Notes under the pieces: generated by a model
Databases searched by the model: none
What the model was told of the DNA's origin: nothing
What the model saw: the letters and a program-made list of their open reading frames with translations, nothing else
Translations under genes and position numbers: made by a program
Origin: an uncultured Verrucomicrobiae bacterium
GTDB lineage: Bacteria > Verrucomicrobiota > Verrucomicrobiia > Chthoniobacterales > UBA10450
Direction: 5' to 3'
Assembly (NCBI GenBank): GCA_963769625.1
Contig: CAVYMO010000002.1
Span: 185,653-249,652 of the forward strand
Length of the DNA stretch: 64,000 nucleotides
Shown here: positions 28,593-41,443 of the stretch, piece by piece
Numbering within the stretch: the stretch's first letter is position 1
Layout of the letters: the number at the start of each line of letters is the position of its first letter

Positions 28593-29566
28593 ACCTGACG
28601 GCCGACAACACTTTCGCGCGCAAGCTGAAGGAGCACGCGCTCCCATTGCGTCACACGCGCACCGAAATCTTGCAGATCAACGTCGGCAAACTCTGCAACC
28701 TCACCTGCGTCCATTGCCACGTGAACGCCGGCCCGAAGCGGAAGGAAATCATGACGCGCGAGACGATCGATCGCGTGATCGATTGGCTGGCGCAGACGGA
28801 CATCCCCACGGTCGATCTTACCGGCGGCGCGCCGGAGATGATTCCCGACTTCAAATATTTCGTTGAGCAACTCAAGGCGCTCGATCCACCGCGCCACATC
28901 ATCGACCGCTGCAATCTCACCATCCTGCTCGAGCCCGGCTTCGAAGATTACGCCGCCTTCCTCGCCAAACATCAGATCGAAATCATCGCCTCCATGCCGT
29001 GCTACTCGCCGGAGAACGTCAACGCCCAGCGCGGCGACGGCGTTTTCGACGGCAGCATCAAAGGCCTCCAGCTTTTGAATTCGCTCGGTTACGGAATCGA
29101 TCCCGCGTTGCCGCTGCACCTCGTTTACAATCCGAACGGGGCTTTCCTTCCCGGCCCGCAAGCCGAGCTCGAGGCCGATTACAAACGCGAGCTGAAAGAA
29201 CATTTCGGCATCGTCTTCGGCAAACTTTTCACGATCACCAATCTGCCCGTCTCGCGTTTCGCCTCCTACTTGAAGAACAACAACAAACTCGGCGATTACA
29301 TGCTGCTGTTGAACGACGCCTTCAATCCCGCCACGGTCGAAGATTTGATGTGCCGCAACACCATCAACGTCAGCTGGCTCGGCGAAGTCTTCGATTGCGA
29401 CTTCAACCAGATGCTCAAAATGCAATGGCGGGAAGCGGGACGAGGTTTGCATCTCTGGGACATCGATCCCGCGAAAGTGGAGCATCGCGAAATCCAAACC
29501 GGCGATCATTGCTTCGGCTGCACGGCCGGCGCCGGCTCGAGTTGCGGTGGAGCGCTCGTGGCGTAG
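28589..29566 (+). CDS. arsS: Radical SAM / Cys-rich domain protein of the ArsS (arsenosugar biosynthesis) type
   Basis: Radical SAM CxxxCxxC as CNLTCVHCH, plus DLTGGAPEM and the characteristic C-terminus GDHCFGCTAGAGSSCGG. This is the Cys form: the codon is TGC, not TGA. Confidence 0.85.
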   Translation: MNLTADNTFARKLKEHALPLRHTRTEILQINVGKLCNLTCVHCHVNAGPKRKEIMTRETIDRVIDWLAQTDIPTVDLTGGAPEMIPDFKYFVEQLKALDPPRHIIDRCNLTILLEPGFEDYAAFLAKHQIEIIASMPCYSPENVNAQRGDGVFDGSIKGLQLLNSLGYGIDPALPLHLVYNPNGAFLPGPQAELEADYKRELKEHFGIVFGKLFTITNLPVSRFASYLKNNNKLGDYMLLLNDAFNPATVEDLMCRNTINVSWLGEVFDCDFNQMLKMQWREAGRGLHLWDIDPAKVEHREIQTGDHCFGCTAGAGSSCGGALVA

Positions 29567-29620
29567 CTGCAGAAGCCGCCAGACTTCCCAAACAATTTTT
29601 CACCGGCTACGCTGACGGCC

Positions 29621-30919
29621 ATGAAGCGCCTTCGCTGGCTTTCCGTCATCCTTCTCGTCGCCTGTGCGCCAATCATTCGGGCGCAGGACGCATCGCCGAG
29701 ACCAACTGTCACAGCGGTCGCGCCCAGCATCGCTCCAGATGCCGATCCCGCTGCCGCGACGCGCGCATGGCTCGACACTGTCCCCGCCGAAAAGCGCGCA
29801 GCATCCGACGCCTACTTCGAGGGTGGCTACTGGCTCATCCTCTGGGAGTTTCTCCTCACCAGTGCGATCGCAATTTTCCTGCTCGCTTCGCGCATTTCCG
29901 CGCGGATGCGCGATTTCGCGGAACGCCGCACGCGTTTCAAGACACTGCAGGTCGCCATCTACGCGGTCGGTTATTTCGTGCTCACTTCCGTGCTGGCGTT
30001 CCCGTTCCTGGTCTATGAGAAATTTTTCCGCGAGCACGCCTACGGCCTCGCCACGCAAACCTTTCCCGCCTGGCTTCGCGAACGGCTCATCGGTCTTGGC
30101 GTGGGTGTGATCGCGGTCGTGATCCTGCTCGTCATTCTCTATGCGGTCTTTCGCCGTGCGCCACGCACCTGGTGGCTCTGGGGCACCGGCGTGGTCATCC
30201 TCTTCTTCATGGTCGGCGCCTTGATTGGCCCGGTTTATATCGAACCGCTCTTCAATAAGTACAAGCCGCTCGCGGATCCCACGCTCAGCCAGCCCATCCT
30301 CGCCATGGCCCAGGCTAATCGCATCCCCGTCACCCAAGTGTTCGAAGTGGACGCCTCGCGCCAGACCAATCGCATCAGCGCCAACGTGGCCGGCTTCCTC
30401 GGCACCACCCGCATCGCGCTCAACGATAACCTGCTCCAGCAATGCAGCCTGCCTGAGATCCGCCACGTCATGGCGCACGAGATGGGGCACTACGTCCTCC
30501 ACCACATGGTGAAGCTCCTCACCAATCTCGGCCTCATCGCGCTCGTCGCCTTCGCCTTTGCGAAATGGGCCTTCGCAGCTGCGGTCGCACGTTGGGGGGA
30601 TCGCTGGCAGGTCCTCGGAATCGCCGATCCGGCTGGGTTGCCTCTGCTGGCGCTCCTCATCGGTGTGGTCGATTTCGCGCTCACGCCGGTGAGCAACACC
30701 ATGATCCGCGTTTCCGAAGTGGAAGCCGACGCCTTCGCGCTCAACACCGCGCGCGAACCGACGGCCGCCGCGCAGATCGCGCTCAAGCTCGGCACCTATC
30801 GTAAACTCGATCCCACGCCACTCGAGGAATTCATCTTCTTCGATCATCCCAGTGGACGCGAACGCATCCGGGCGGCGATGGAATGGAAGGCGGCGAATCT
30901 GCCCGCCGCGGGAAACTAG
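29621..30919 (+). CDS. M48-family (Ste24/HtpX-like) zinc metallopeptidase
   Basis: Signal/TM N-terminus, multiple TM segments, the HEXXH motif as MAHEMGHYVLHH and a downstream E in EVEADAFAL. Confidence 0.85.
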   Translation: MKRLRWLSVILLVACAPIIRAQDASPRPTVTAVAPSIAPDADPAAATRAWLDTVPAEKRAASDAYFEGGYWLILWEFLLTSAIAIFLLASRISARMRDFAERRTRFKTLQVAIYAVGYFVLTSVLAFPFLVYEKFFREHAYGLATQTFPAWLRERLIGLGVGVIAVVILLVILYAVFRRAPRTWWLWGTGVVILFFMVGALIGPVYIEPLFNKYKPLADPTLSQPILAMAQANRIPVTQVFEVDASRQTNRISANVAGFLGTTRIALNDNLLQQCSLPEIRHVMAHEMGHYVLHHMVKLLTNLGLIALVAFAFAKWAFAAAVARWGDRWQVLGIADPAGLPLLALLIGVVDFALTPVSNTMIRVSEVEADAFALNTAREPTAAAQIALKLGTYRKLDPTPLEEFIFFDHPSGRERIRAAMEWKAANLPAAGN

Positions 30920-30925
30920 AGACCG

Positions 30926-32588
30926 ATGAGACACTCCGTGTTGTTCCTGATGGTTGTGCTTGCCTGCACCATTCGAGCCGCCGCGCCTGCTGACGTCATT
31001 TTCGAAGGGGGCAACGTTTACACCGGAAACGAGAAGCAACCCACGGCCGATGTCATCGCGGTCAAAGGCGATCGGATTGTCTTTGTCGGCACGGCGAAAG
31101 ACGCGACAGCCGTACAAAGGGGATCAGACAAAAGTCATCGATCTCAAAGGTGCCACCGTCGTTCCCGGTTTGACCGATGCGCACTGCCACATCGTCGGGA
31201 TCGGTGAGCGCGAGGTGACATTGAACCTGGAAGGCACACGGACGCGCGACGACTTCCTCGCGAGAGTAAAGGAACGCGTCGCCAAAACCGAACCGGGGAA
31301 ATGGATCACCGGGCGCGGTTGGATCGAAACTTTCTGGAGCCCGCCCGAGTTTCCCACCGCATTGCAACTCGATGAAGTCGCGCCGGACAACCCGGTCTTC
31401 CTCACGCGCGCCGATGGCCACGCCGCCATCGCCAACAGCGCCGCGCTCCGTGCCGCAAAAATAACCGACGAGACCGCCGCACCGTTCGGCGGCCAGATTC
31501 TCAAGAAGGACGACGCGCCGACTGGCATGCTCATCGATAACGCGATGAACCTGGTCGCCAGGTACATTCCGTCCGCCACGTCGGCCGACACCGAAAAGGC
31601 ACTCCTCCTCGGAGTAAAACGCAGCCTCGAGCTGGGTTGGTGTCAGATCCAGAACGCCGGCAGTTCGATCGCGGAGTCGGCGTTGATGCGCCAGCTGACG
31701 AAGACGGGCAAGATCAAGCTCCGCATTTACAACGCGGTCTCCGGGCCCGGCGAACCTGCCGATCGGCTGCTTGAGGAAGGTGCCATCGCCGGCCCTCGCT
31801 TTACCCAACGTACAATCAAGTGCTACGCCGACGGCGCCCTCGGGTCGCGCGGTGCGGCGCTCCTGGAAAAATACGCCGACGCCGAGACGAACGGCTTCAT
31901 GAAAAACAAAGAAGACGTCCTGCGTCCGCTCTTCGAAAGAGCGCTCCGGGCTGGCATTCAGGTCGAAACCCACGCGATCGGCGATCGCGCAAATCGCATT
32001 GTCCTCGATCTCTACGAAGCCGCCATGAAAGCCGTCCCGCCAGAAGAACGAAAGGTGGTCGAGCCGCGCTGGCGCATCGAGCATGCGCAGATCATCAGCC
32101 CGCAGGACATTCCGCGTTTCGGGAAGTTGGGTGTTATTCCTTCAATGCAACCGTCGCATGCGATCAGCGATCTATTTTTCGCTCCCAGTCGACTCGGACA
32201 GGAACGACTCGCGGGCGCCTATGCGTGGCAGAGTTTGATCAAAAGCGGCGCGATTATTCCCGGCGGCTCCGACGCGCCCGTCGAACGCGGCGAGCCGATG
32301 ATCGAATTCTACGCCGCCGTCGCCCGCAAGAGTCTCGATGGCGTGAGCAAAGACGGCTGGCATCCGGAACAGGCCGTCTCACGCGAGCAGGCGCTGAAGA
32401 TGTTCACGATCTGGCCGGCGTTCGCGGCGTTTCAAGAAAAGGATCGAGGAACCCTCGAAGTGGGCAAACTGGCGGACCTCACCGTGCTCTCAGCCGATAT
32501 CATGACGATCCCAATGCCAGAAATTCTGCAGACGCGCTGCGTCATGACCGTGATCGGCGGTGAAATCGTCCACCAAGCGAACGAATAA
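30926..32588 (+). pseudogene. Amidohydrolase-3 family (YtcJ-like) metal-dependent hydrolase, frameshift near 31110
   Basis: Signal-like MRHSVLFLMVVLACTIRAAAPADVIFEGGNVYTG (ORF 30926..31207) joins YKGDQTKVIDLKGATVVPGLTDAHCHI.. (ORF 30954..32588). Also HAIGDRAN, RIEHAQ and GSDAPVE. Confidence 0.85.
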
Positions 32589-32589
32589 C

Positions 32590-32662
32590 TGGAGCCTAGG
32601 GGGTTCGAACCCCTGACCCCCGCAATGCCATTGCGGTGCTCTACCAACTGAGCTAAGACCCC
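32590..32662 (-). tRNA. tRNA-Ala (anticodon GGC)
   Basis: Hand-folded 73-nt cloverleaf: acceptor GGGGTCT/AGGCTCC with the G3:U70 Ala identity pair, D-arm GCTC-AGTTGGTA-GAGC, and anticodon arm CCGCA-ATGGCAT-TGCGG (U33, GGC, A37). T-arm is AGGGG-TTCGAAC-CCCCT. CCA is not encoded. Confidence 0.9.
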
Positions 32663-32703
32663 GTCAGAATCTCTGATTGTAGATTTCCAGTCGCTGATTG
32701 CAA

Positions 32704-33513
32704 CTAGCAGCCGATAATCGACACCTTTGCGCGCGCGGCGGTGGCGATGAGTTCATCCTTTTCGAGCAACAACGTCCGCCCTGCTTCCACGGCGATGACG
32801 CGGATGTTCGCCCTGGCCGCGATGTCGATCGTGGCTGCGCCGATGACCGGAACGTCGAAGCGCATGTCCTGATTCGGCTTGGAGACTTTGACTGCGACCG
32901 CGCCCTTGCGCGCGAGGGCGCCTCCGCGCAGCATCGCTTCGTTCGTGCCTTCAAACGCTTCCACCGCCACGACGGTTCCGTTCTTCACCACGACCGTCTG
33001 ACCGATGTCGAGCCGACTCGTTTCCTTGGCAATTTCAAACCCAAACGTGACATCCGATTGCTCCCGACGACTGAGCGGCCGCCCCGCAATCAAGCCCTCG
33101 CCAGCGAGCAGGTCTTCGAGAAAGGTAAACGCGGGCAGCAATTGGATACCGGCTTGGGCGAGTTCGTCCGCGATCGCGCCAAACAGACTTTCCGCATTCC
33201 GTCGTTTCAGGCGCGCGAGAACGAGCAGGGCCTTCCAATCGGGTCGCAGATCAAATAGATTCTTGGGCGCGATCTGCCCAGCCATGATCGCGTGGGTCAC
33301 GTTCGCTTCGCGAAAAACGTCGAGCAAACGTCCGAGTTGCCCCACTCGCAGCCACTGCATCTCGTCCACCGCTTCGCTTAACTCTGGACGCGTTTCGCCG
33401 GTGAACGCAGCGGCGACTAATTTTCTTACGCCGGCCTTGCGTGCGGCCTCCGCCAAAAGCCGCGGGTAGGCGTCGTTCCCGGCGATGATCCCGAGGGTTT
33501 CCGGCGTAGCCAC
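32704..33513 (-). CDS. lpxI: UDP-2,3-diacylglucosamine diphosphatase LpxI (DUF1009 family)
   Basis: LGIIAGNDAYP.., THAIMAGQI, DIGQTVVVKNGTVVAVEAFEGTNEAM.. and KVSKPNQDMRFDVPVIG match the LpxI pattern. Confidence 0.8.
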   Translation of the reverse strand: MATPETLGIIAGNDAYPRLLAEAARKAGVRKLVAAAFTGETRPELSEAVDEMQWLRVGQLGRLLDVFREANVTHAIMAGQIAPKNLFDLRPDWKALLVLARLKRRNAESLFGAIADELAQAGIQLLPAFTFLEDLLAGEGLIAGRPLSRREQSDVTFGFEIAKETSRLDIGQTVVVKNGTVVAVEAFEGTNEAMLRGGALARKGAVAVKVSKPNQDMRFDVPVIGAATIDIAARANIRVIAVEAGRTLLLEKDELIATAARAKVSIIGC

Positions 33514-33543
33514 AAGTTTGAGGAGCGCCCCAGGCGCAATCGG

Positions 33544-33953
33544 TTAGTGCTGCCGCCGCCGCTTGACGTGCAATTGGGCAAGCGCCTTCTGCAGCGTCGC
33601 CTGGATGGCGGCCACTTCTTCGGCGCCGTGATCTTCCTTCATCGCCGCCTGTGCGCGCGCGACTGCAGCTTCCGCCGCGCTTTCGTCAATGCTCGATGCC
33701 TCCAAGGCGAGGTCGGTGAGAACGGAAACCGCGTCTGCTTTCACTTCCACGAAACCTTCGCCCACAGCCAAAAATGTTTCCTTGCCGCCTTTCAGCACGC
33801 GCAATTCGCCCGGCTTCAGCGTCGTCAAAAGCGGGACGTGATTTGGGTACACACCCAACTCGCCCTCCGCGCCCGTGAGCGTGACCATCTCCACGTCCTC
33901 AGAGTAGGCCGTGGCCTCGGGGGTGACGATTTCGAGACGGAGCGTGGCGGCCA

Positions 33954-33954
<1 letters not shown>
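33544..33954 (-). CDS. atpC: F1 ATP synthase epsilon subunit
   Basis: LRLEIVTPE..VTLTGAEGELGVYPNHVPLLT. It is last in the atp operon and its start overlaps the atpD stop. Confidence 0.9.
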
Positions 33955-36253
<2,299 letters not shown>

Positions 36254-36259
36254 GAAAAA

Positions 36260-37796
<1,537 letters not shown>

Positions 37797-37808
37797 ATAA
37801 GGGTAAAA

Positions 37809-38201
37809 TTAAAGTTGCTGCTGCAAGCGCTGGAGACGGTTCCGCACGCTGCTGTCCCAGACATCGCTGCCGACGCGGATGCGCATGCCGCCGAGCAGCT
37901 CCGGGTTCACCACAAACTGCGTGGCAAGATCGGCGCCGTATTTTCGTTTCAGGTTTTCGGTGAGTTGCGTCGCAGCGTCCGACGGCAGCTCGGTCGCGCT
38001 CTCGACCGTGGCGCTGCGTTTCTCGACTTCCAGGCGCAGGAGCCGCTTGTAGGCGTCGAGAATCTTGATGTAGTTGCGGGGCTTTTGTTCGATCAACGCC
38101 GCCACCACTTGCTTCACGCGCGCACGATCGAGCTGTCCCTCACTGAAGCTGGACCGCAGGAGTTGCCGCGAGAGCTGGCGGATTTCTTTGCTGATCTTCA
38201 T
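37809..38201 (-). CDS. atpH: F1 ATP synthase delta (OSCP) subunit, short form (130 aa)
   Basis: Position between atpF and atpA. The C-terminal 70 aa align by eye to the delta C-domain (..LLGGMRIRVGSDVWDSSVRNRLQRL). Confidence 0.8.
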   Translation of the reverse strand: MKISKEIRQLSRQLLRSSFSEGQLDRARVKQVVAALIEQKPRNYIKILDAYKRLLRLEVEKRSATVESATELPSDAATQLTENLKRKYGADLATQFVVNPELLGGMRIRVGSDVWDSSVRNRLQRLQQQL

Positions 38202-38210
38202 GCGTGCGAA

Positions 38211-38760
38211 CTAGGAGGCGACTTGCCGGGTCGCTTCTTCCTGGAGACGGCGTTGGTCGTCGCTGTTCAGGACTTTGCCGGTCACCTTCGAGGTGGTGTC
38301 GACCACAAGCCGTCCGAGTCTGGCGTTTCAACTCCGTCATCGTGCGCTCGTGCTCGATCGCGCTCGCTTCGCGCGCTTTCGCCATGATCTGCTCCGCCGC
38401 CGCGACCGCTTCCTGCTGTTTACGCTCGGCCACGTGGCCCGCGCTTTCGCGCGCTTCGTCGATCATCTTTTGCGCCTGCGCGTTCGCCTTCGCCAGGATT
38501 TCCGCATGGCGTTGCTCTGCTTCTGCGAGCTGCGTCTTGATCTTCTCAGCGTTGAGCAGGCCTTCTGCGATGCGTTGCCGCCGTTCCTCGAGAATCCCGA
38601 GGATCGGCTTGTAGGCAAACTTGCGCAGGAGCAACGCCACAATGACGAAGCTGACGACCTGCGAGAGGAACATCCACAGGTTAAACCCGAAAGTTTCACC
38701 CGTGGAACGGGCGATGTCCGTCAGGCCACCTGCTTGAGCGAGGAGTAGATTCATGGTCAT
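38211..38760 (-). pseudogene. atpF: Fo ATP synthase subunit b, one frameshift near 38318
   Basis: N-terminal TM helix followed by a long charged helix (ORF 38140..38760). The corrected C-terminus GRLVVDTTSKVTGKVLNSDDQRRLQEEATRQVAS, with stop at 38211, lies in another frame. Confidence 0.85.
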
Positions 38761-38792
38761 GCAAACCGGCGCGGCGAAACTGCGGCGTCTGC

Positions 38793-39005
38793 TTACTTAA
38801 CGAGGAACAAGGCGTAGAACACGATCGCTTCCGCGAGCGCGATCGCGAGAATCGCCTGCACCAGAATCGGAGTCGCCGCACCGGGATTGCGTCCGACCGC
38901 CGAGGCCGCGCCCATACCGATCAAACCCACGCCGATGGCCGCGCCGAGAGCCGCGAGACCGACGTGAATGCTTCCGCTAATTTCCGCCAACATTGGTAGT
39001 ATCAT
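38793..39005 (-). CDS. atpE: Fo ATP synthase subunit c
   Basis: 70-aa hairpin proteolipid with GRNPG in the loop and the carboxylate helix ILAIALAEAIVFYALF. Confidence 0.95.
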   Translation of the reverse strand: MILPMLAEISGSIHVGLAALGAAIGVGLIGMGAASAVGRNPGAATPILVQAILAIALAEAIVFYALFLVK

Positions 39006-39070
39006 ATTTTTTCTGTTTGGTTGTTTGTCTCAGCCATTCCGCGGGAACCACGGTCACATGGCCGAAAATT

Positions 39071-40007
39071 TTAGTGATGCGCGCTCTCGTGTCCGCCTTC
39101 GTGGGAAGCAATCAAGAGGGTGAAGACCGCGGTCAAAAGCATAAAGACGAGCGCCTGGACGAAGCCGACCAGCACTTCGAGGAAATAGAACGGGATCGAG
39201 ATGAGCCAGGCGAGAAATTGCCCGCCCGCCATCGCCATCGATTCGAGCATGATCTCACCCGCGTAAACGTTGCCGAAAAGCCGGAAGCTGAGCGAAATCG
39301 GGACGGAAGAGAATGGAGACGATCTCCAGCCAACCGACGATGAAGAAAATGAAAATCATCAAAACCTTCAACGCACCCTTGGTATCGCCCTTCGGCGCGA
39401 AGAGGTGTTTGACCACGCCGCCGAAGCCATTCGCCTGCACCGCCCAGACCATCCACAAGACGAAGAAGGTGCAGGCCATCGCAAAGGTCAGATTCAGATC
39501 GGCGTTGGCGCCGCGCAGGATCGGTGTCGTGACCATAAACCCGCCGTTGGCCGTCGGATGTCCCCAGCCGATCGTGCCCACGCCGGGAATGAGCGCGAAC
39601 CAGTTCAGGAAAAGGATGAAAATGAAAATCGTGGCGAAGAACCAGAACGTCTTCTTCACCAAATCCGGCCCGATCATGCCTTCGAGGAAGTTGTAGAGGC
39701 TTTCCACCATCCATTCCCAAAAATTCTGCAGACCGCTCGGCACCGGCTTGATGTTCCGGGTCGCGAGTTGCGCGAGAAGAATGATCAACGCCGCGACAAA
39801 CCACGTCACCGCCATCGAGTTGGTCACGGTGAATTTGCCGATATGAAAAAGCTCTGGTGGCTTGAGCGGGAGCGTGTGATGCTCTTCCGCTGCGTGCCCC
39901 GCCTCCCCCGTCGCTCCATGCGGAGTTTCCGCCGCAAGCAGCGGCGCGGAAAAGCTCGCCAGGAAAGCGAGAACGAGCGTCAGCGTTAACAAATAGCGAT
40001 GGGGCAT
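39071..40007 (-). pseudogene. atpB: Fo ATP synthase subunit a, one frameshift near 39298 (CC/CCC run)
   Basis: ORF 39255..40007 holds the N-terminal part. The essential-Arg helix ISLSFRLFGNVYAGE..LVGFVQALVFMLLT, with stop at 39071, is in another frame (translated by hand). Confidence 0.9.
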
Positions 40008-40181
40008 GCAGGCTAAGGATTTGGCAAGCGGCGACCCGATGCTCTTCGTAGGTGCGCGAGCCGCGAAAGCTACGCAAACAACGCAAGGGGCGCCGCGCGC
40101 TTACCAAAGCCTGTTTTGTCGGATTGACAAGAGACTTTCCGGTTCTTTTTTCCCGCCGACGCGAGAGTGTGTTCGCGGCGT

Positions 40182-41441
40182 CTATTTTGCGGCAATTCGC
40201 GCGGCAAAGGGCTCGATTGGCGCGGTCGCCGGGGTCGCCCGCACGGGCGCGGCCACGGGGGCGAATCCCACCGCCTCATCGTAATAACGCTCGAGCTGGC
40301 GCACCTGTGCGCCGATCTCAAATTCCGCCACCACGTGTTCGCTGCCTAACAAGCCCATCTCGCGAAACCCGTTGCCGGAGCGAGCCACTTCTTTCATCGC
40401 GCTGGAGAGCGCTTCGAAGTCGCGCTCCTCCACCAGCAAACCACTCCGGCCATGGTCGACTGCTTCCGGAATTCCTCCGTGCTGCGTCCCGAGCACCGGC
40501 AGTCCGGTCGCCATCGCTTCCAGCACGGAATTGGGAATGCCCTCCTGATTGCGATCGGGCGGCGTTTCGCTCGGATGAATGAAGAGGTGCGCCGTGGCGT
40601 AGAGCTCCCGCAAATCCGGTTGCGAAAGGAAACCGCAAAAACGCACCTTCGAGGAAATGCCCAGCTCCGCTGCCAGTTCTTCCAGATGCGCCTGCAATGG
40701 ACCTTTGCCCGCGATCCAAAGCTCGGCCTTTGGAAACTCTTTCTGAAAAATCGCGAACGCGCAGAGCGTTGTCGCCACCCCTTTTTTCGGAATCAGGCGG
40801 CACGCTTGCATCAATTTCCAGCGTCCGTCGCGCGGCGCCTCGCGACGCACATAGGGAAATTCGTGCAACGGCAGCCCCGTGCGCGTGATCCGCAAGCGCT
40901 CCCGCGGACACCCCAGCTCGACCAGCCGTTCCGCCAGCGAACTGCAACGTGCGAACACGAGCGGCACGGAGCGGAAGAGCTTCTGCAACGCGCCTTCGTA
41001 ATCGCGGATGTCCTTCTTCATCGCCACGTCCGCGCCGTGGAACGAAACCACGCACGGCTTGTCCCAGCGTTCGATGAACGGCAACAGATGCACGCCCGTA
41101 TGGCCGAAATATATGTGCATCACATCCGCGCCTCGCCGTTGCAAGAGCGACGAGAGCATTTGGTATTCACCGCGATAAACGATCGGCGGTTTGCGTTTTA
41201 CATATTTCAACCAGCCGTGGCGAAAAGGATTCGATCGCGGCTGGGGGATGATCTCGACGTCTTCCGCCGGGAAGCGATCGCTGTTTTGCCGCGCCTTTGT
41301 CATGACGAAGGTGCGGTAACCGCGCAACGCCGTCACCTGGCGGTAGATGTGCAGCATCTCCGGCTTCAGAAAAGTCGTGCAATAACTCGCTACAATTCGC
41401 TCACCCATGACGTGCCCAGATTGCTCCCGTCCGCGCTGCAT
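40182..41441 (-). CDS. Glycosyltransferase family 4
   Basis: GT-B / GT4 C-terminal motif EGIPNSVLEAMATGLPVLGTQHGGIPEAV. The start is either 41441 or the MGERIV ATG at 41408. Confidence 0.8.
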   Translation of the reverse strand: MQRGREQSGHVMGERIVASYCTTFLKPEMLHIYRQVTALRGYRTFVMTKARQNSDRFPAEDVEIIPQPRSNPFRHGWLKYVKRKPPIVYRGEYQMLSSLLQRRGADVMHIYFGHTGVHLLPFIERWDKPCVVSFHGADVAMKKDIRDYEGALQKLFRSVPLVFARCSSLAERLVELGCPRERLRITRTGLPLHEFPYVRREAPRDGRWKLMQACRLIPKKGVATTLCAFAIFQKEFPKAELWIAGKGPLQAHLEELAAELGISSKVRFCGFLSQPDLRELYATAHLFIHPSETPPDRNQEGIPNSVLEAMATGLPVLGTQHGGIPEAVDHGRSGLLVEERDFEALSSAMKEVARSGNGFREMGLLGSEHVVAEFEIGAQVRQLERYYDEAVGFAPVAAPVRATPATAPIEPFAARIAAK

Positions 41442-41443
41442 GT

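Noticed and set aside
29530-29566. Possible selenocysteine (in-frame TGA) in the ArsS C-terminal ..GSS[U/C]GG motif
   Set aside because: The codon is TGC (Cys). The ORF reads GSSCGGALVA then TAG, with no in-frame TGA and no need for a SECIS element.
28568-31117. Long minus-strand ORFs (28568..29509 and 29600..31117) antisense to arsS and the M48 peptidase
   Set aside because: Shadow ORFs. The plus strand carries the radical SAM CxxxCxxC and HEXXH motifs.
40116-40130. TTGTC-GGATT-GACAA inverted repeat, with a TTGTCA -35-like hexamer on the minus strand, about 110 nt upstream of atpB
   Set aside because: Only 5-bp arms, and I could find no convincing -10 hexamer at proper spacing. This is too weak to call a promoter or operator.
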